This document shows positions 50,892-63,394 of a DNA stretch of 64,000 bases, in pieces. The DNA is from Octopus sinensis. Its lineage: Eukaryota. Both the position numbers and the translations under genes were made by a program. How positions within the stretch are numbered: the first letter of the stretch is position 1; each line of letters begins with the position of its first letter. A model generated the notes under the pieces. It searched no databases and was not told the origin of the DNA. It was given only the letters and a program-made list of their open reading frames with translations. The DNA lies in contig NC_043005.1 in the NCBI RefSeq assembly GCF_006345805.1, positions 14,136,001-14,200,000 on the forward strand. The letters are read 5' to 3'.

Positions 50892-51058
50892 TCATCATCA
50901 TCATCATCGTTTAGCATCCGCTTTCCATGCTAGCATGGGTTGGACAGTTCAACTGGGGTCTGGGAAACCAGAAGGCTGCACCAGGCCCAGTTTGATCTGG
51001 CAATGGTTCTATGGCTGGATGCCCTTCCTAACGCCAACCACTTCGTGAGTGAAGTGGG
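50892..51058 (-). mobile_element. RTE 3'UTR copy
   Basis: TSD TACACATA (50884-50891, 51059-51066); (CAT)n tail. Confidence 0.9.
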
Positions 51059-52082
51059 TACACATAAATACAGAACAGCAATCAACATACTTAAATATGA
51101 TCCTTCTCTATTAACCTCAATTGTATGATATCTCAGAGAAGTTACCACTAATGTTTTCCAGGTCTCTATGATTAACCTGTATTATTCTACCACAACTCTC
51201 TTGTTCTACTCTAATACATAATAGCAGTTACAGAATCAGTACGTAAAATTACTTTTGATTTGTAATTGTCTCTTTATGATATGAGTCTGAACCCCAATGA
51301 GATCAATTTTGCATTTTATCCTTTCGGGATTGGAAAAATACATACATAATCAAAACCAGGGCCTAGATCTATAAGAAGATGTACTGAAACAGGGATCGAA
51401 CATTCCCAAATACTTTGATATGTTTCACGTCAATCTCATCAGTAATAGAGCCTACAAAGGCCATCAGCACAAGTCCTTCCTTGTATTAAATCCATTAAAA
51501 AGCTTTTAAAAAAAAAAAAAAGATGAATAAACACAGAAACAAGAAAGTGTCATTATATAAAATTTGAAATCATGACCCCATCAACTCAGTCATTTCACAT
51601 CCAGGAATTTGGATAAAATTATAAAATAGAAAAAGGAAAGATCTGACTTGAAAAATACAGCTATTGAAAATATTACTGTTATCAAGGGTCAACTTCATCA
51701 GAGTCTGTGTAGCTACTACTTCACTAGATAACGATAACAAGTTCTTTGTAGCATAATGTAAAATTATTTGCTGAGGCACTACAGATACCATTTTGTTTCA
51801 GAGAATATCAATAACTGTCTGCTTACAGACTGAACATTTTACATAAAGTAGATATCAATTCAGTTTTATTACTCCATATGGCATGATGTGAAATGAAATC
51901 TTCAATCTGAAATAGTCAAATTAACTAAACAAGCAGTTTCAGATAATAAAACAATAAAAAGAGCAAAGCAATTTTTTTTTTTTTAATTCCATATTAGCTT
52001 CAGTTGAAGCTATGTAAGTAAATATTTTGGTGATTCCAATGTATAAAACGTATATTAAGGTAGGTTAAGCTATGTGAAGCTA

Positions 52083-52199
52083 CATATCTTGCCAGCTATA
52101 TTACTGAAAGGAGTTGAATGCAGTACTGCAAGGTCAGCTAGGTGGAATCCCATCTCTTGCCAGCTGTATTGTTGAGCGGAGTTGAATGCAGTACTACAA
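52083..52199. repeat. Imperfect direct duplication, period 68 bp
   Basis: CATMTCTTGCCAGCTRTATT..TGA..GGAGTTGAATGCAGTACTRCAA at 52083 and 52151. Confidence 0.8.
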
Positions 52200-53137
52200 C
52201 CTTTGAAAACATTTGGCACATGTACAGTTGTTCTACCACAGCTTACAGCAGAGAGTTGAACCTATTTGCCGTTAATTGAGAATTAACAGTCACAGTTCAG
52301 TGGCACAAAGAGATTCATAACAATAGAATGCTTTACTCTTCACTATGCACTTGCATCCATCACACATTCAAATAGGTGAAAAATATCTAAAATGTGATGC
52401 AGATTGATGACAGTATGTGCTCCTGTTGTTTGATCAGACCTCTTGTAATTGAATGTTTGAGAACCACTCATGTTCAATGCCGGATGCCAGATGCCAGGCT
52501 CCAGTTTGGTCTAAGACAATGCTTATCATTGTCAGGCAGTTTGTTTATCGTTATGTGTCCCTCTTTATGTTTGATTCAACACTGTTCACTGATCCTTCTC
52601 AGCATGCAAGCTATTTACAACAACTGTTAGTACAACAGGCTCAGTTGATACAAGGTATCTGATTCATTGTGATTATTATTCTAAATGACTGGGCTGAGAG
52701 GAACATTGATGAAGCAGCTATATTATTAGTGTGGATGTGTGTTTTGTGCTTGCTTCAAGTATGACAAACAGTAGACTTAGTATAGTAATATAGTACTGTT
52801 CTGGAATGTTGTAAATATTGTTTCAAATCAGTTAGTATCCACAAAGGAAAACATTTGCTTTTTTCTTTCTTGGGAATCAATACATGTGGTGTTGTCCATC
52901 ATAAGAAGCTGAACTGTTTTAATTAGCTTGCAGTTTGTTAGAGTTTGTCAACAAGCTCCTTTCCACACACACACACTGAGTTTATAAAATAGTGTCAGGT
53001 TTCTATCACCTTTTTTTTCAATCAGTACTCATTCAATGTTAGATCAACTTCTTCACTCTGATCATTATCCTGAGTGAGTTGCATGAAAGACATTTTCCAA
53101 TAGTATTTGATGTGATGAATAGACATCTAAACTTTTT

Positions 53138-53549
53138 AAGTGCAGGAGTGGCTGTGTGGTAAGTAGCTTGCCTACCAACCACGTGGTTCTGGGTTCAGTC
53201 CCACTGCGTGGCATCTTGGGCAAGTGTCTTCTGCTATAGCCTCGGGCCGACCAATGCCTTGTGAGTGGATTTGGTAGACGGAAACTGAAAGAAGCCTGTC
53301 GTATATATGTATATATATGTATGTATGTGTATGTATATGTTTGTGTGTCTGTGTTTGTCCCTCTAGCATTGCTTGACAACCGATGCTGGTGTGTTTACGT
53401 CCCCGTCACTTAGCGGTTCGGCAAAAGAGACCGATAGAATAAGTACTGGGCTTACAAAGAATAAGTCCCGGGATTGATTTGCTCGACTAAAGGCGGTGCT
53501 CCAGCATGGCCGCAGTCAAATGACTGAAACAAGTAAAAGAGTAAAAGAG
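53138..53549 (+). mobile_element. Young SINE family B
   Basis: Near-identical to the 41927 and 55470 copies. Confidence 0.93.
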
Positions 53550-53738
53550 GATGTGAAAGCTAATACATGGTAAAGAATGAAGCTATATGGGCCAGTTTGT
53601 GAGCACTGTCATAGTTATGACCAACTTTTGTGGAACCAGAATTCTAGTCTGAGCATGTATGGTTGATGCTGAAGACACTTAAATGTAGTGTGATGTGAAA
53701 AGATGTGACTGCTATGTTACCAATATTACACATACAGA

Positions 53739-53970
53739 AGGCGGCGAGCTGGCAGAATCGTTAGCACGCCAGGCGAAATGCATAGCCATATTTCGTCTGC
53801 TGTTACGTTCTGGGTTCAAATTCCGCCGAGGTCGACTTTGCCTTTCATCCTTTCGGGGTCGATAAATTAAGTACCAGTTACGCACTGGGGTCGATGTAAT
53901 CGACTTAATCCGTTTGTCAGTCCTTGTTTGTCCCCTCTGTGTTTAGCCCCTTGTGGGTAGTAAAGAAATA
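53739..53970 (+). mobile_element. SINE family A, full length
   Basis: 17-bp TSD AATATTACACATACAGA (53722-53738, 53971-53987). Confidence 0.95.
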
Positions 53971-54785
53971 AATATTACACATACAGATTGTTTTTATAGT
54001 TACTTAAATTTATAAAATGTAATAGTTAACCTAAAACAATACTGATTTCTCTTAACTAAACACAAAGCTAACATTTCAGCAATTTCATATTAATTTCTTG
54101 TACTGGGACACTATTACAACTATATATGTATAAAGTCAAGTGAAATTGTACCCAGTACAACCCAAACATTTTTTCTTAACTTTTATGGAATTTCAACTAA
54201 TACAAAGACGAAACAGAATACTAACAGTCAAGTTTTCCACTGCTTCTGTCAATTCATTGACAATATCTGAGAGAAATTTTGAGAATGGATTGATTCAGTC
54301 ATTTTTTCCTTACAACTACTATATTACAATCACTATCATCTCACATTTTTCCAACTCACTAAAATTTTCATTTATTACTAAAATCTACTACAAAGTTTTA
54401 ATCATGTTATTGAGCGTATATTTTACATAAAATCATACAAATGATATTTTTTTTCTAGTGAATCAAAATCAACCTGTTCACAGGCGAGAGATTCATTGTA
54501 ACAAGCATTTAATCTAACTATAAATAGTACTTGTACAGATTGGCTATGAGTAACGACCTCCCAAACTAGTATTAAGAGAACTTAGTTGACAACTACTGTC
54601 AAACAGAAAAGTTTAGCCATGACCGAGAAAAGACTAAATATAAGGTTATACAAACTCTTTACACGCCAAACTGCTTCCAGGTTTACCATTGTCACACTGA
54701 ATTAACTTGGCTGAATCTATACACTGTCACACTGAATTAACAACCTACCTGACATTATCCTCTGTTACACTGTATTAACATCATA

Positions 54786-55176
54786 TGTGGAGGCGCAATG
54801 GCCCAGTGGTTAGGGCAGCGGACTCGCGGTCATAGGATCGCGGTTTCGATTCCCAGACCAGGCATTGTGAGTGTTTATTGAGCGAAAACACCTAAAAAGC
54901 TCCACGAGGCTCCGGCAGGGGATGGTGGTGATCCCTGATGTGCTCTTTCACCACAACTTTCTCTCACTCTTACTTCCTGTTTCTGTTGTACCTGTATTTC
55001 AAGGGGCCGGCCTTGTCACTCTCTGTGTCACGCTGAATACCCCTGAGAACTACGTTAAGGGTACACGTGTCTGTGGAGTGCTCAGCCACTTACACGTTAA
55101 TTTCACGAGCAGGCTGTTCCGTTGATTCAGATCAACCGGAACCCTCATCGTCGTAACTGACGGAGTGCTTCCATCC
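54786..55176 (+). mobile_element. tRNA(Arg)-like SINE (family C; possibly octopus OR-type), inserted in a degenerate tandem repeat of about 37 bp
   Basis: A box TGGCCCAGTGG, TCG in the anticodon-like position, B box GGTTTCGATTCCC; 12-bp TSD ATTAACATCATA (54774-54785, 55177-55188); flanking units CTGTCACACTGAATTAAC. Confidence 0.9.
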
Positions 55177-55469
55177 ATTAACATCATAACTGATACTGTC
55201 CATTGTTGCACTGTGTTAACTAGTTTGGGGCTGCCCACCCTCACATGTTACTTGCCCTGCTATTAAAAATATGGTCCGTAGCTATTTAAACACATAATAC
55301 ACTGGGCTTATTTGGTTCTTAATTTACGTGTCACAAGGTGGAATATATCATTACATTATTTTGAAAACTGATTGAAACATGGGCCAAAGTTTCATTGTCT
55401 AAAGATATGGAGAGCAAAGATGGCAAATTAATGGAATATCAGGCCAATCAGCCAAAAATATTAACAAGT

Positions 55470-55643
55470 AGGCGCAGGAGTGGCTGTGTGGTAAGTAGCT
55501 TGCTAACCAACCACATGGTTCCGGGTTCAGTCCCACTGCGTGGCATCTTGGACAAGTGTCTTCTGCTATAGCCCCGGGCCGACCAATGCCTTGTGAGTGG
55601 ATTTGGTAGACGGAAACTGAAAGAAGCCTGTCGTATATATATG

Positions 55644-55676
<33 letters not shown>

Positions 55677-55887
55677 TTGTGTGCCTGTGTTTGTCCCCCT
55701 AGCATTGCCTGACAACCGATGCTGGTGTGTTTACATCCCTGTCACTTAGTGGTTCGGCAAAAGAGACCGATAGAATAAGTACTGGGCTTACAAAGAATAA
55801 GTTCCGGGGTCGATTTGCTCGACTAAAGGCGGTGCTCCAGCATGGCCGCAGTCAAATGACTGAAACAAGCAAAAGAGTAAAGAGTAA
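55470..55887 (+). mobile_element. Young SINE family B
   Basis: Full-length family B sequence. Confidence 0.93.
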
Positions 55888-56191
55888 GTATTTCATTATC
55901 TTCTAGTGGTAAGTTCAACTCTTCAGGAGAGAATACCATGGACATGGATGGACACCAACAGGAAAATTTCACTGAACACATGCTAAATGAAGATGAAATC
56001 TGCTGCATTTAACCTGTACTACAATACAAAACATCACTGATTATTCAATTAGGGTAAATCAAAACAGATAATTTTTAACAGTTACAACTGTTGCAAGGAA
56101 CTAAACAAAACATTTACAAGCAAAAAATAGTTTGTTTTTTTTTAAGCCAAGTATGTATAATTTCCCACAAAAATGTATTTATATTATTTAT

Positions 56192-56580
56192 ACTCTTTTA
56201 CTTGTTTCAGTCATTTGACTGCGGCCATGCTGGAGCACCGCCTTTAATCAAGCAACTCGACCCCGGGACTTATTCTTTTGTAAGCCCAGTACTTATTCTA
56301 TCGGTCTCTTTTGCCGAACTGCTAAGTAACGGGGACGTAAACACACCAGCATCGGTTGTCAAGCAATGCGAGGGGGGGACAAACACAGACACACAAACAC
56401 ACACATGCATAGATATATATATATACATATATACGACGGGCTTCTTTTCAGTTTCCGTCTACCAAATCCACTCACAAGGCTTTGGTCAGCCCGAGGCTAC
56501 AGTAGAAGACACTTGCCCAAGTGGGACTGAACCCGGAACCATGTGGTTGGTAAACAAGCTACTTACCACACAGCCACTCT
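56192..56580 (-). mobile_element. SINE family B, inverted relative to 55470
   Basis: Reverse complement of family B with a small internal deletion. Confidence 0.92.
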
Positions 56581-57428
56581 TTTTTGTCTCTTTCATAATT
56601 TAGTCATAAGGGAAGCAGTATTCATGACCTTTCCAAAGAATCCAAGACTAATGGAAGGGAGGCAGGCAGGTATCCTTCAACTAAAGTCTTGGTCCAAATA
56701 CTTGCATCAGAGTCCACTAAAGATACCCACTGACCAGATGATGGTTTTCAACTGGGTGAAAGATTAAGTCTACCATCCAAGTAATCCATAAGATTTGAAC
56801 ACAAAATGCAAAAGCCAGAACAGATATAGCAAAGTATCCAACTCAGCACTCTAAGAATTTCTTCCAACACTAACTCTTCAGCCAATTCACCACAAATATC
56901 TCTTAAGCGGTTATTTTACTCATAAAAGAGTTAAAAACGATTTTAATTTTCTTTTCTTTGAGATTTACTGTCTTTCTATCTTTAAAATTTACTACATTAA
57001 TTTGTAAGTGAGTCTTCGGTTTTTAATTAGAAATCATTTCAAAAGAAAATTTTCTAACAATTACCCACTGGCCTTTCCAACTTCACAAAACTATGTATGT
57101 ATGCACATGTATGAGAGAAAGCATATGTGTGAGAAAGACTATGTATATCTATGTTATAAATGGTGTGTTTAATCTATTCCTTTGATATCTTTCAGTATGT
57201 CCATGCACATACACACACTTACATTCACAAACTTCATTTTTTTAAATGTTAAATTATCTTAGATTTATAGTTTTTTTTAATGTGCAATACATTAAATATA
57301 CTTTTATTCACTTAACTAATATTTATTATACAGATGATAGGCGTCTCAGAATTATTTAATTTTTAGACTGAGAAAGTATTAAGTTTTTAGCTTAACAATT
57401 TCATTTAAGTTTAAATATTCTTTTTAGA

Positions 57429-57765
57429 GTGAAGGTGCATGGCCCAGTGGTTAGAGTGTTGAGCTTATGATTTTGAGGTTGTGAGTTTGAATCCCAGACC
57501 AGGCTGCATGTTGTGTTCTTGAGTAAGACACTTTATTTCACGTTGTTCCAGTTCACTCAGCTGTAGAAATGAGTTGCGACATCACAGGTGCCAAGCCGTA
57601 TCAGCTGTTGCCTTTCCCTTGGATAAGACTGGTGGCGTGGAGAGGGGAGGCCGGTATGCATGGGCGACTGCTGGTCTTCCATAAACAACCTTGCCCGGAC
57701 TTGTGCCTGGGAGGGTAACTTTCTAGGTGCAATCCCACGGTCAGTCATGACCGAAGGAGGTCTCA
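57429..57765 (+). mobile_element. tRNA-derived SINE (family D)
   Basis: A box TGGCCCAGTGG, B box GAGTTTGAATCCC; 12-bp TSD ATTCTTTTTAGA (57417-57428, 57766-57777). Confidence 0.9.
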
Positions 57766-58329
57766 ATTCTTTTTAGATAAATTTCAACATACAAGCAGGC
57801 ACATCTGTTTAGTTAAGAAGCTTGCTTTGCAACCACATGGCTAACTGAGTGGTTCAACAAAGAAGACAAACAAAGTAAGTAGAAGACTTAAAAATAAGAC
57901 TGTGGTCAATTTGTTCACCTAAAACCTTCAAGGCAGTGCCCGAGCATGACTACAGTCCAATGACTAAAACAAGTAGAAAAACAAAATGAGAAGTGAATTT
58001 CAACCAAAACACACAGACAGAGCACAGATGTTTAGCTACACAGTGCAACAGCTAATTCCTTGTGAACAAATCAGAGATTGATTTTACTTACAATACCGAT
58101 ACTATTGAAGATCTCCACGATATGATTTCATGCCTCTTCTCTTCACCTTTAGGGTTTATCAGATACAGTAGAAAAGAAACCACCCTATGATACATACTTT
58201 GTCACATGGATTAAGATATCATTATCATCATCATTTAGAATCCATCTTCCATGCTGGCGTGTGTTGGACAAAGGCATGTTGGCCATAGTTAGAATACTAG
58301 CCAAAGTTACACTTCAGACATACTCTCTC

Positions 58330-58732
58330 TTTTTTACTCTTTTACTTGTTTCAGTCATTTGACTGCGGCCATGCTGGAGCACCGCCTTTAGTCAAGCAAA
58401 TAGACCCTGGGACTTATTCTTTGTAAGCCCAGTACTTATTCTATCAGTCTCTTTTGCCGAACCGCTAAGTGACAGGGATGTAAACACACCAGCATCGGTT
58501 GTCAAGCAATGCTAGGGGGACAAACACAGACACACAAACACACACACACACATATATATACATATATACGACAGGCTTCTTTCAGTTTCTGTCTACCAAA
58601 TCCACTCACAAGGCATTGGTCGGCCCGGGGCTTTAGCAGAAGACACTTGCCCAAGATGCCACGCAGTGGGACTGAACCCGGAACCATGTGGTTGGTTAGC
58701 AAGCTACTTACCACACAGCCACTCCTGCGCCT
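58330..58732 (-). mobile_element. Young SINE family B
   Basis: Reverse complement of the 55470 copy. Confidence 0.93.
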
Positions 58733-58917
58733 ATTGGATATCTATTGGATATTTTGGTTTTTCTTACTGTTCTAAAGTGTTTGGTCTGCTAACTCAGTAA
58801 TTCAGTTCCAGTCATGTTGTTGAGTCCACAGGGTTATAGAGCTACTATAATAACCAACTATTGCACTGGCTTTTAAGCTTGTCATTTGTCTTTCTGTCAC
58901 ACACACACATATATGTG

Positions 58918-59285
58918 CATGGAGGTATGGCTAAGTGAAGGTGCTTCCAAACCATGTGATCTCAGGTTCAGTCCTACTGTACCTAGGCCAACGTATATGT
59001 TTTCCACTATAACCCCGGGCTGACCAGAAACTGAAAGAAGCTGTTGTGTGTGTATGTGTGTGTGATGCGTGTGTGCGTGTGTGTGTGTGTGTGTGTACCC
59101 TTGTCTGAATATCATGTGAAAATTGTAATTGGGTATCACTGTCATACAAACAATGTTGTTCATTTACACTCTTTGGTGGGAAACAGCAGGCTATGAGAAA
59201 TATTACCTTGCTTGGAAACAGGTAGGTGGAGTACACAATTGGTAGGGCATCTAGCCATTGGAAAGGTAAATATTAAATGATGATA
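58918..59285 (+). mobile_element. Older SINE family B copy with RTE-type tail
   Basis: GGTTCAGTCCTACTG..GAAACTGAAAGAAGC..(TG)n..GGGCATCTAGCC..TTAAATGATGAT; body matches 16283-16671. Confidence 0.72.
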
Positions 59286-59499
59286 TACATATATATATAG
59301 AGAGAGAGAGAGAATGTGTGTGTGTCTCAAAAAATACCACATATAGTGCAACAGTAACCACAAACATGACACCAAATGCAATATCCACATACATAGGATC
59401 TATAGCAAACCAGTTTAAGACATGATACAACCAACACACACACACTTTTACAGCTCAAACAAGAAAAATTATACATCACTATCCAAATACATATAGCAA

Positions 59500-59981
59500 A
59501 TAAAATCAAAGAACACTCCATTAGCATCACTCTCACATGCACAATCATACCAAGATTATAACAAACCCTACCAACTTTGTACAAATGAATCCTACCACAT
59601 TCTAACATTCATGGACCAAATCCTGGACCAAAACTCCAAACTAATCTCTTCATGCAAACACAAAATCTTAAAAACACTAAAACACTTCAAACCAATAACC
59701 TTTTCTGACAGCTAAACTTGTTAGTATCTCACCAACTCCCCTCCATCTACCTACACCATGAACCAATCACATTTATAAAAAGAAAGAAACAGTACTCTAT
59801 AAATTATCTAAAATGTCTCCCTATCTCCAACTAAAATCCCTACAAAAGATTTTCTAATACAACTACACAAACCTACATACACACACTTAAAATGTCTGTT
59901 TGTATGCAAGCAAACTGAAAGGATTCTTTCCTTTACCCTTTTAAATTAAATTATACTCTATATCATTCCCATTTTTATACA

Positions 59982-60019
<38 letters not shown>

Positions 60020-60264
60020 CATACTGGGAGAAAGGAAAGAAACAACGCGAGGGCGCTCAGTCATACAATAGTGTAATAAATAAAATATATGCACACATAC
60101 ATACATATATGTACGTACCTACATCTACATGTATATATATACATGCATATATAAATATATATACGTGAGTACAGGACACCACAAATAGATGTAGAACTCA
60201 ACGAGAAACGAAAACATAAAAACAAGGGAATGGACTTTTTTTAACATATATATTTTATATATAT

Positions 60265-60336
<72 letters not shown>

Positions 60337-60970
60337 CTTCTATATCAGCCTCACTTCAGCATATATCTAGAACAGAATTTGAAGATATTTTATAAATACC
60401 AAACTCTACCTCCACAAGACAAGATATTTAAAATCCTTATATATTAATCAAATTGCTTAGAGAGCAATGAACACTCAGAGAGAAACATAGACATGCAACC
60501 TTAAACTCAAGCAACTTTATTAACAAAACTATGACACACCTGACTAATAACCCCAACCTTAGAATGAAAACAAGAAATACTCTAAATAACAAGAAATGAC
60601 AGCTTAAACTTACTGCCTAGCTGCATTCTTTTGTGAAAAAGAAGTTAATACACCCAATTACTAATGATTTAAATACTAGAGTTTACACCTTTGGCCTTTA
60701 CACTGTCAAAGCAGAAAGATGAAGTCCAATTATACCAAAAGTAACAAAAATACTGTCACACCTTGTGCCTACCAAATAAAAAAAGCACCTATAAATCTTA
60801 TCCAAAACATATTTCTATAACAACCAACTATAAAAACCTAATTATCACCTCACTCAAATCCACATACTCAGAGGTGATTTTAACTCAACAAAGACTATAT
60901 AAAGGTAAGACTAACTCTAATGCATTGCAGTCCGGCAACGGCTCAGCAGGCCAAAACTTCGAAGATTAAG
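59500..60970 (+). mobile_element. Possible very decayed Penelope-like element interrupted by (TA)n and a younger insert (about 60015-60245)
   Basis: C/A-skewed tract with a CxxLCL..K remnant near 60755 and a hammerhead-like relic near 60925; weak support. Confidence 0.3.
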
Positions 60971-61076
60971 AATAATAAATTTGTACTCTACAAAAGTATA
61001 GAATAACCCATCAGATTAATGTAAATTTTTTTTTATTATAACTGAACATAAAATAAAAAATATATATATACACAGA

Positions 61077-61419
61077 ACCATCCAAACGTGGCCGTTGAAA
61101 GCGCCGCCCCGACTGGCCTCCGTGCCGGTAGCACGTAAAAAGCACCATCCGTTCGTGGCCGTTGCCAGCCTTGCCTGGCCCCCATGCTGGTGGCACGTAA
61201 AAAGCACCACCCGATCGTGGCCGTTTGCCATACTCGCCTGGCACGTAAAAAGCACCCACTACACTCACAGAGTGGTTGGCGTTAGGAAGGGCATCCAGCC
61301 GTAGAAACATTGCCAGATCAGACTGGGCCTGGTGCAGCCTTCTGGCTTCCCAGACCCCAGTTGAACCGTCCAACCCATGCTAGCATGGAGAACGGACGTT
61401 AAACGATGATGATGATGAT
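61077..61419 (+). mobile_element. RTE 3'UTR copy
   Basis: Three internal modules, shared tail, (GAT)n then (TA)n. Confidence 0.92.
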
Positions 61420-62144
61420 ATATATATATATATATATATATGACTGCTTTTTATCTCTCCCAAAATCCTGCAACAAACATTATTTGCAGGCCTTCATTTC
61501 AATGCCATCAATCATAAGCCACTCTTTCTTTTAATGTTTCAATAATACATCATGACCCAGCATATTAACCACACCAATTTTACAACATGTCTTTCTCTTT
61601 AATAACCACAGACTACAACCTATGAACTCTTCCTCCTATGTAGACAATAACAGGAAGCATGCTCATAGATAATTGATATTTTCTTTTTTCTTAGTTTCAG
61701 TAATACCAGCTTGTAACATTGAAACTGTTACAAATCTCCAAAACATTTCACAAGTTTTTCAATTAATTTTGGTAATTGCATTTTGAAATGTAATGAAAAA
61801 ATAAATAAGTAACCTACAGCTGTGAAATAAAATGAAGATTGTCCAGAGCTCCACAACATTGGAAAGTATTGCAACTGAATTTCAGATAACTATTGTAATA
61901 TTACACTGAAATTCTTCGGATAAGTGGGAGAAAATACAATGCTAGTGAAAAGCCAGAATAACATTTCAATACAGAGTTGTCAGGCTGATTAAAATGAGTT
62001 AATTTATTTCACTTAAATACCTGTCTTTTGTTTTGGGGATTTTCAAATCAATCCCAATACCAAATTTATTGAGACTGGTGGTGGGGTGAGATTAAATTGG
62101 TACCAACAGCAGTTCAGCAGATTAATCAGTGTAGATTACTTTAA

Positions 62145-62360
62145 CCCTTTAGCATTCAGATGATTTTGTCGAATCTATGCAAATGCTTATTTATTCACAT
62201 TGTTTTGAACTAATTGTGCATCATCTTGCAGCTTTGAGATTTTCATGACGTGATTGCTCATTTTTAAAAAGACATTGTAGGATGGGTGTGAGAGGTTGCA
62301 TCTGGATGGTTTGAACATAAAACAAGTAGAATATCTATGGGTGGTTTGGATGTTAGAGGG
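62145..62360 (-). mobile_element. piggyBac-type MITE (family P2)
   Basis: TTAA|CCCTTTAGCATTCAGA...TAGAGGG|TTGA; reverse complement of 36226-36445. Confidence 0.82.
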
Positions 62361-62889
62361 TTGAGCGCATTAGTGTAACTCAAAATAGTCCCCTACCTCT
62401 AAATAACCAAAAACAGTTTTTGAGAGAACATCATAATCTTTGTTCTGTATAATAATCATTCTTTTTCCACTAAGAATTGCGCTTCTCTGTAATTCTTTCT
62501 ATATGTATATCACACCATCACCTACCATAAGGTACTAACCAAATATTAACTGTACTAACTTCACCCAATAATCACTTTCCCACCAAAGCTAAAACACTGC
62601 CCATTCTCCTCAGATATATGGAAATATATAAACAAATGTACACCTATATTTGTATGCTAACATGAAAAAGGACATTAATTATTTAAACATTCACTCAACC
62701 AGCTTAATGAATGCTTTCCATACTTTTTAGTGCAAAAACAAATCAGAATAAAGAAATCACCACCCCAACACTTAAGCCAGAATTACATGGATCGGCAATA
62801 GACACATTACCTTGAGTATTCATCATCTCTTCTGTGAAGCCTAATGTCCTGAGATCTATTACATCTATCCCCACTTATTCAGAAGGTTT

Positions 62890-63101
62890 CAGAAACGTTA
62901 GCACACCAGGTGAAATGCGTAGCCGTATTTCATCTGCCGTTACGTTCTGAGTTCAAATTCCGCCAAGGTTATCTTTACCTTTCATCCTTTCGATTAAATA
63001 AGTACCAGTTACGCACCGGGGTCGAAATAATCGACTTAATCCGTTTGTCTATCCTTGTTTGTCCTCTCTGTGTTTAGCCGCTTGTGGGTAGTAAAGAAAT
63101 A
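62890..63101 (+). mobile_element. SINE family A, slightly 5'-truncated
   Basis: Matches 53739-53970. Confidence 0.9.
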
Positions 63102-63235
63102 GGTTTAAAGAAATAACAGCAATAGCACACTTTGTAAATGGAATGAATGGTAGATTCCTTGACACCAAGCTCATCGCCCACAGCAACAAAGCTTCCACAG
63201 CCATGTATTTTCTTGATCATCTCTACCTTTTCTTG

Positions 63236-63394
63236 TAGAGAGTACACTTGTCTACCTTCATATTATTTCTGTTGACTGGGCTCATGTTGATGGATCATCA
63301 TCATCATCATCGTTTAACGTCCATGATGATGATGATCCATCAACATGGGACCAGTCAACAGAAATAATATGAAGGTAGACAAGTGTACTCTCTA
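63236..63394. repeat. Near-perfect inverted repeat, 72-bp arms, 15-nt loop
   Basis: Arms 63236-63307 and 63323-63394 differ at 2 positions; the loop CATCGTTTAACGTCC is the extreme tail of the RTE 3'UTR family. Confidence 0.97.

Noticed and set aside
54790-54865. tRNA-Arg gene
   Set aside because: Acceptor stem not formed, no terminator, and it continues into a SINE body flanked by a TSD
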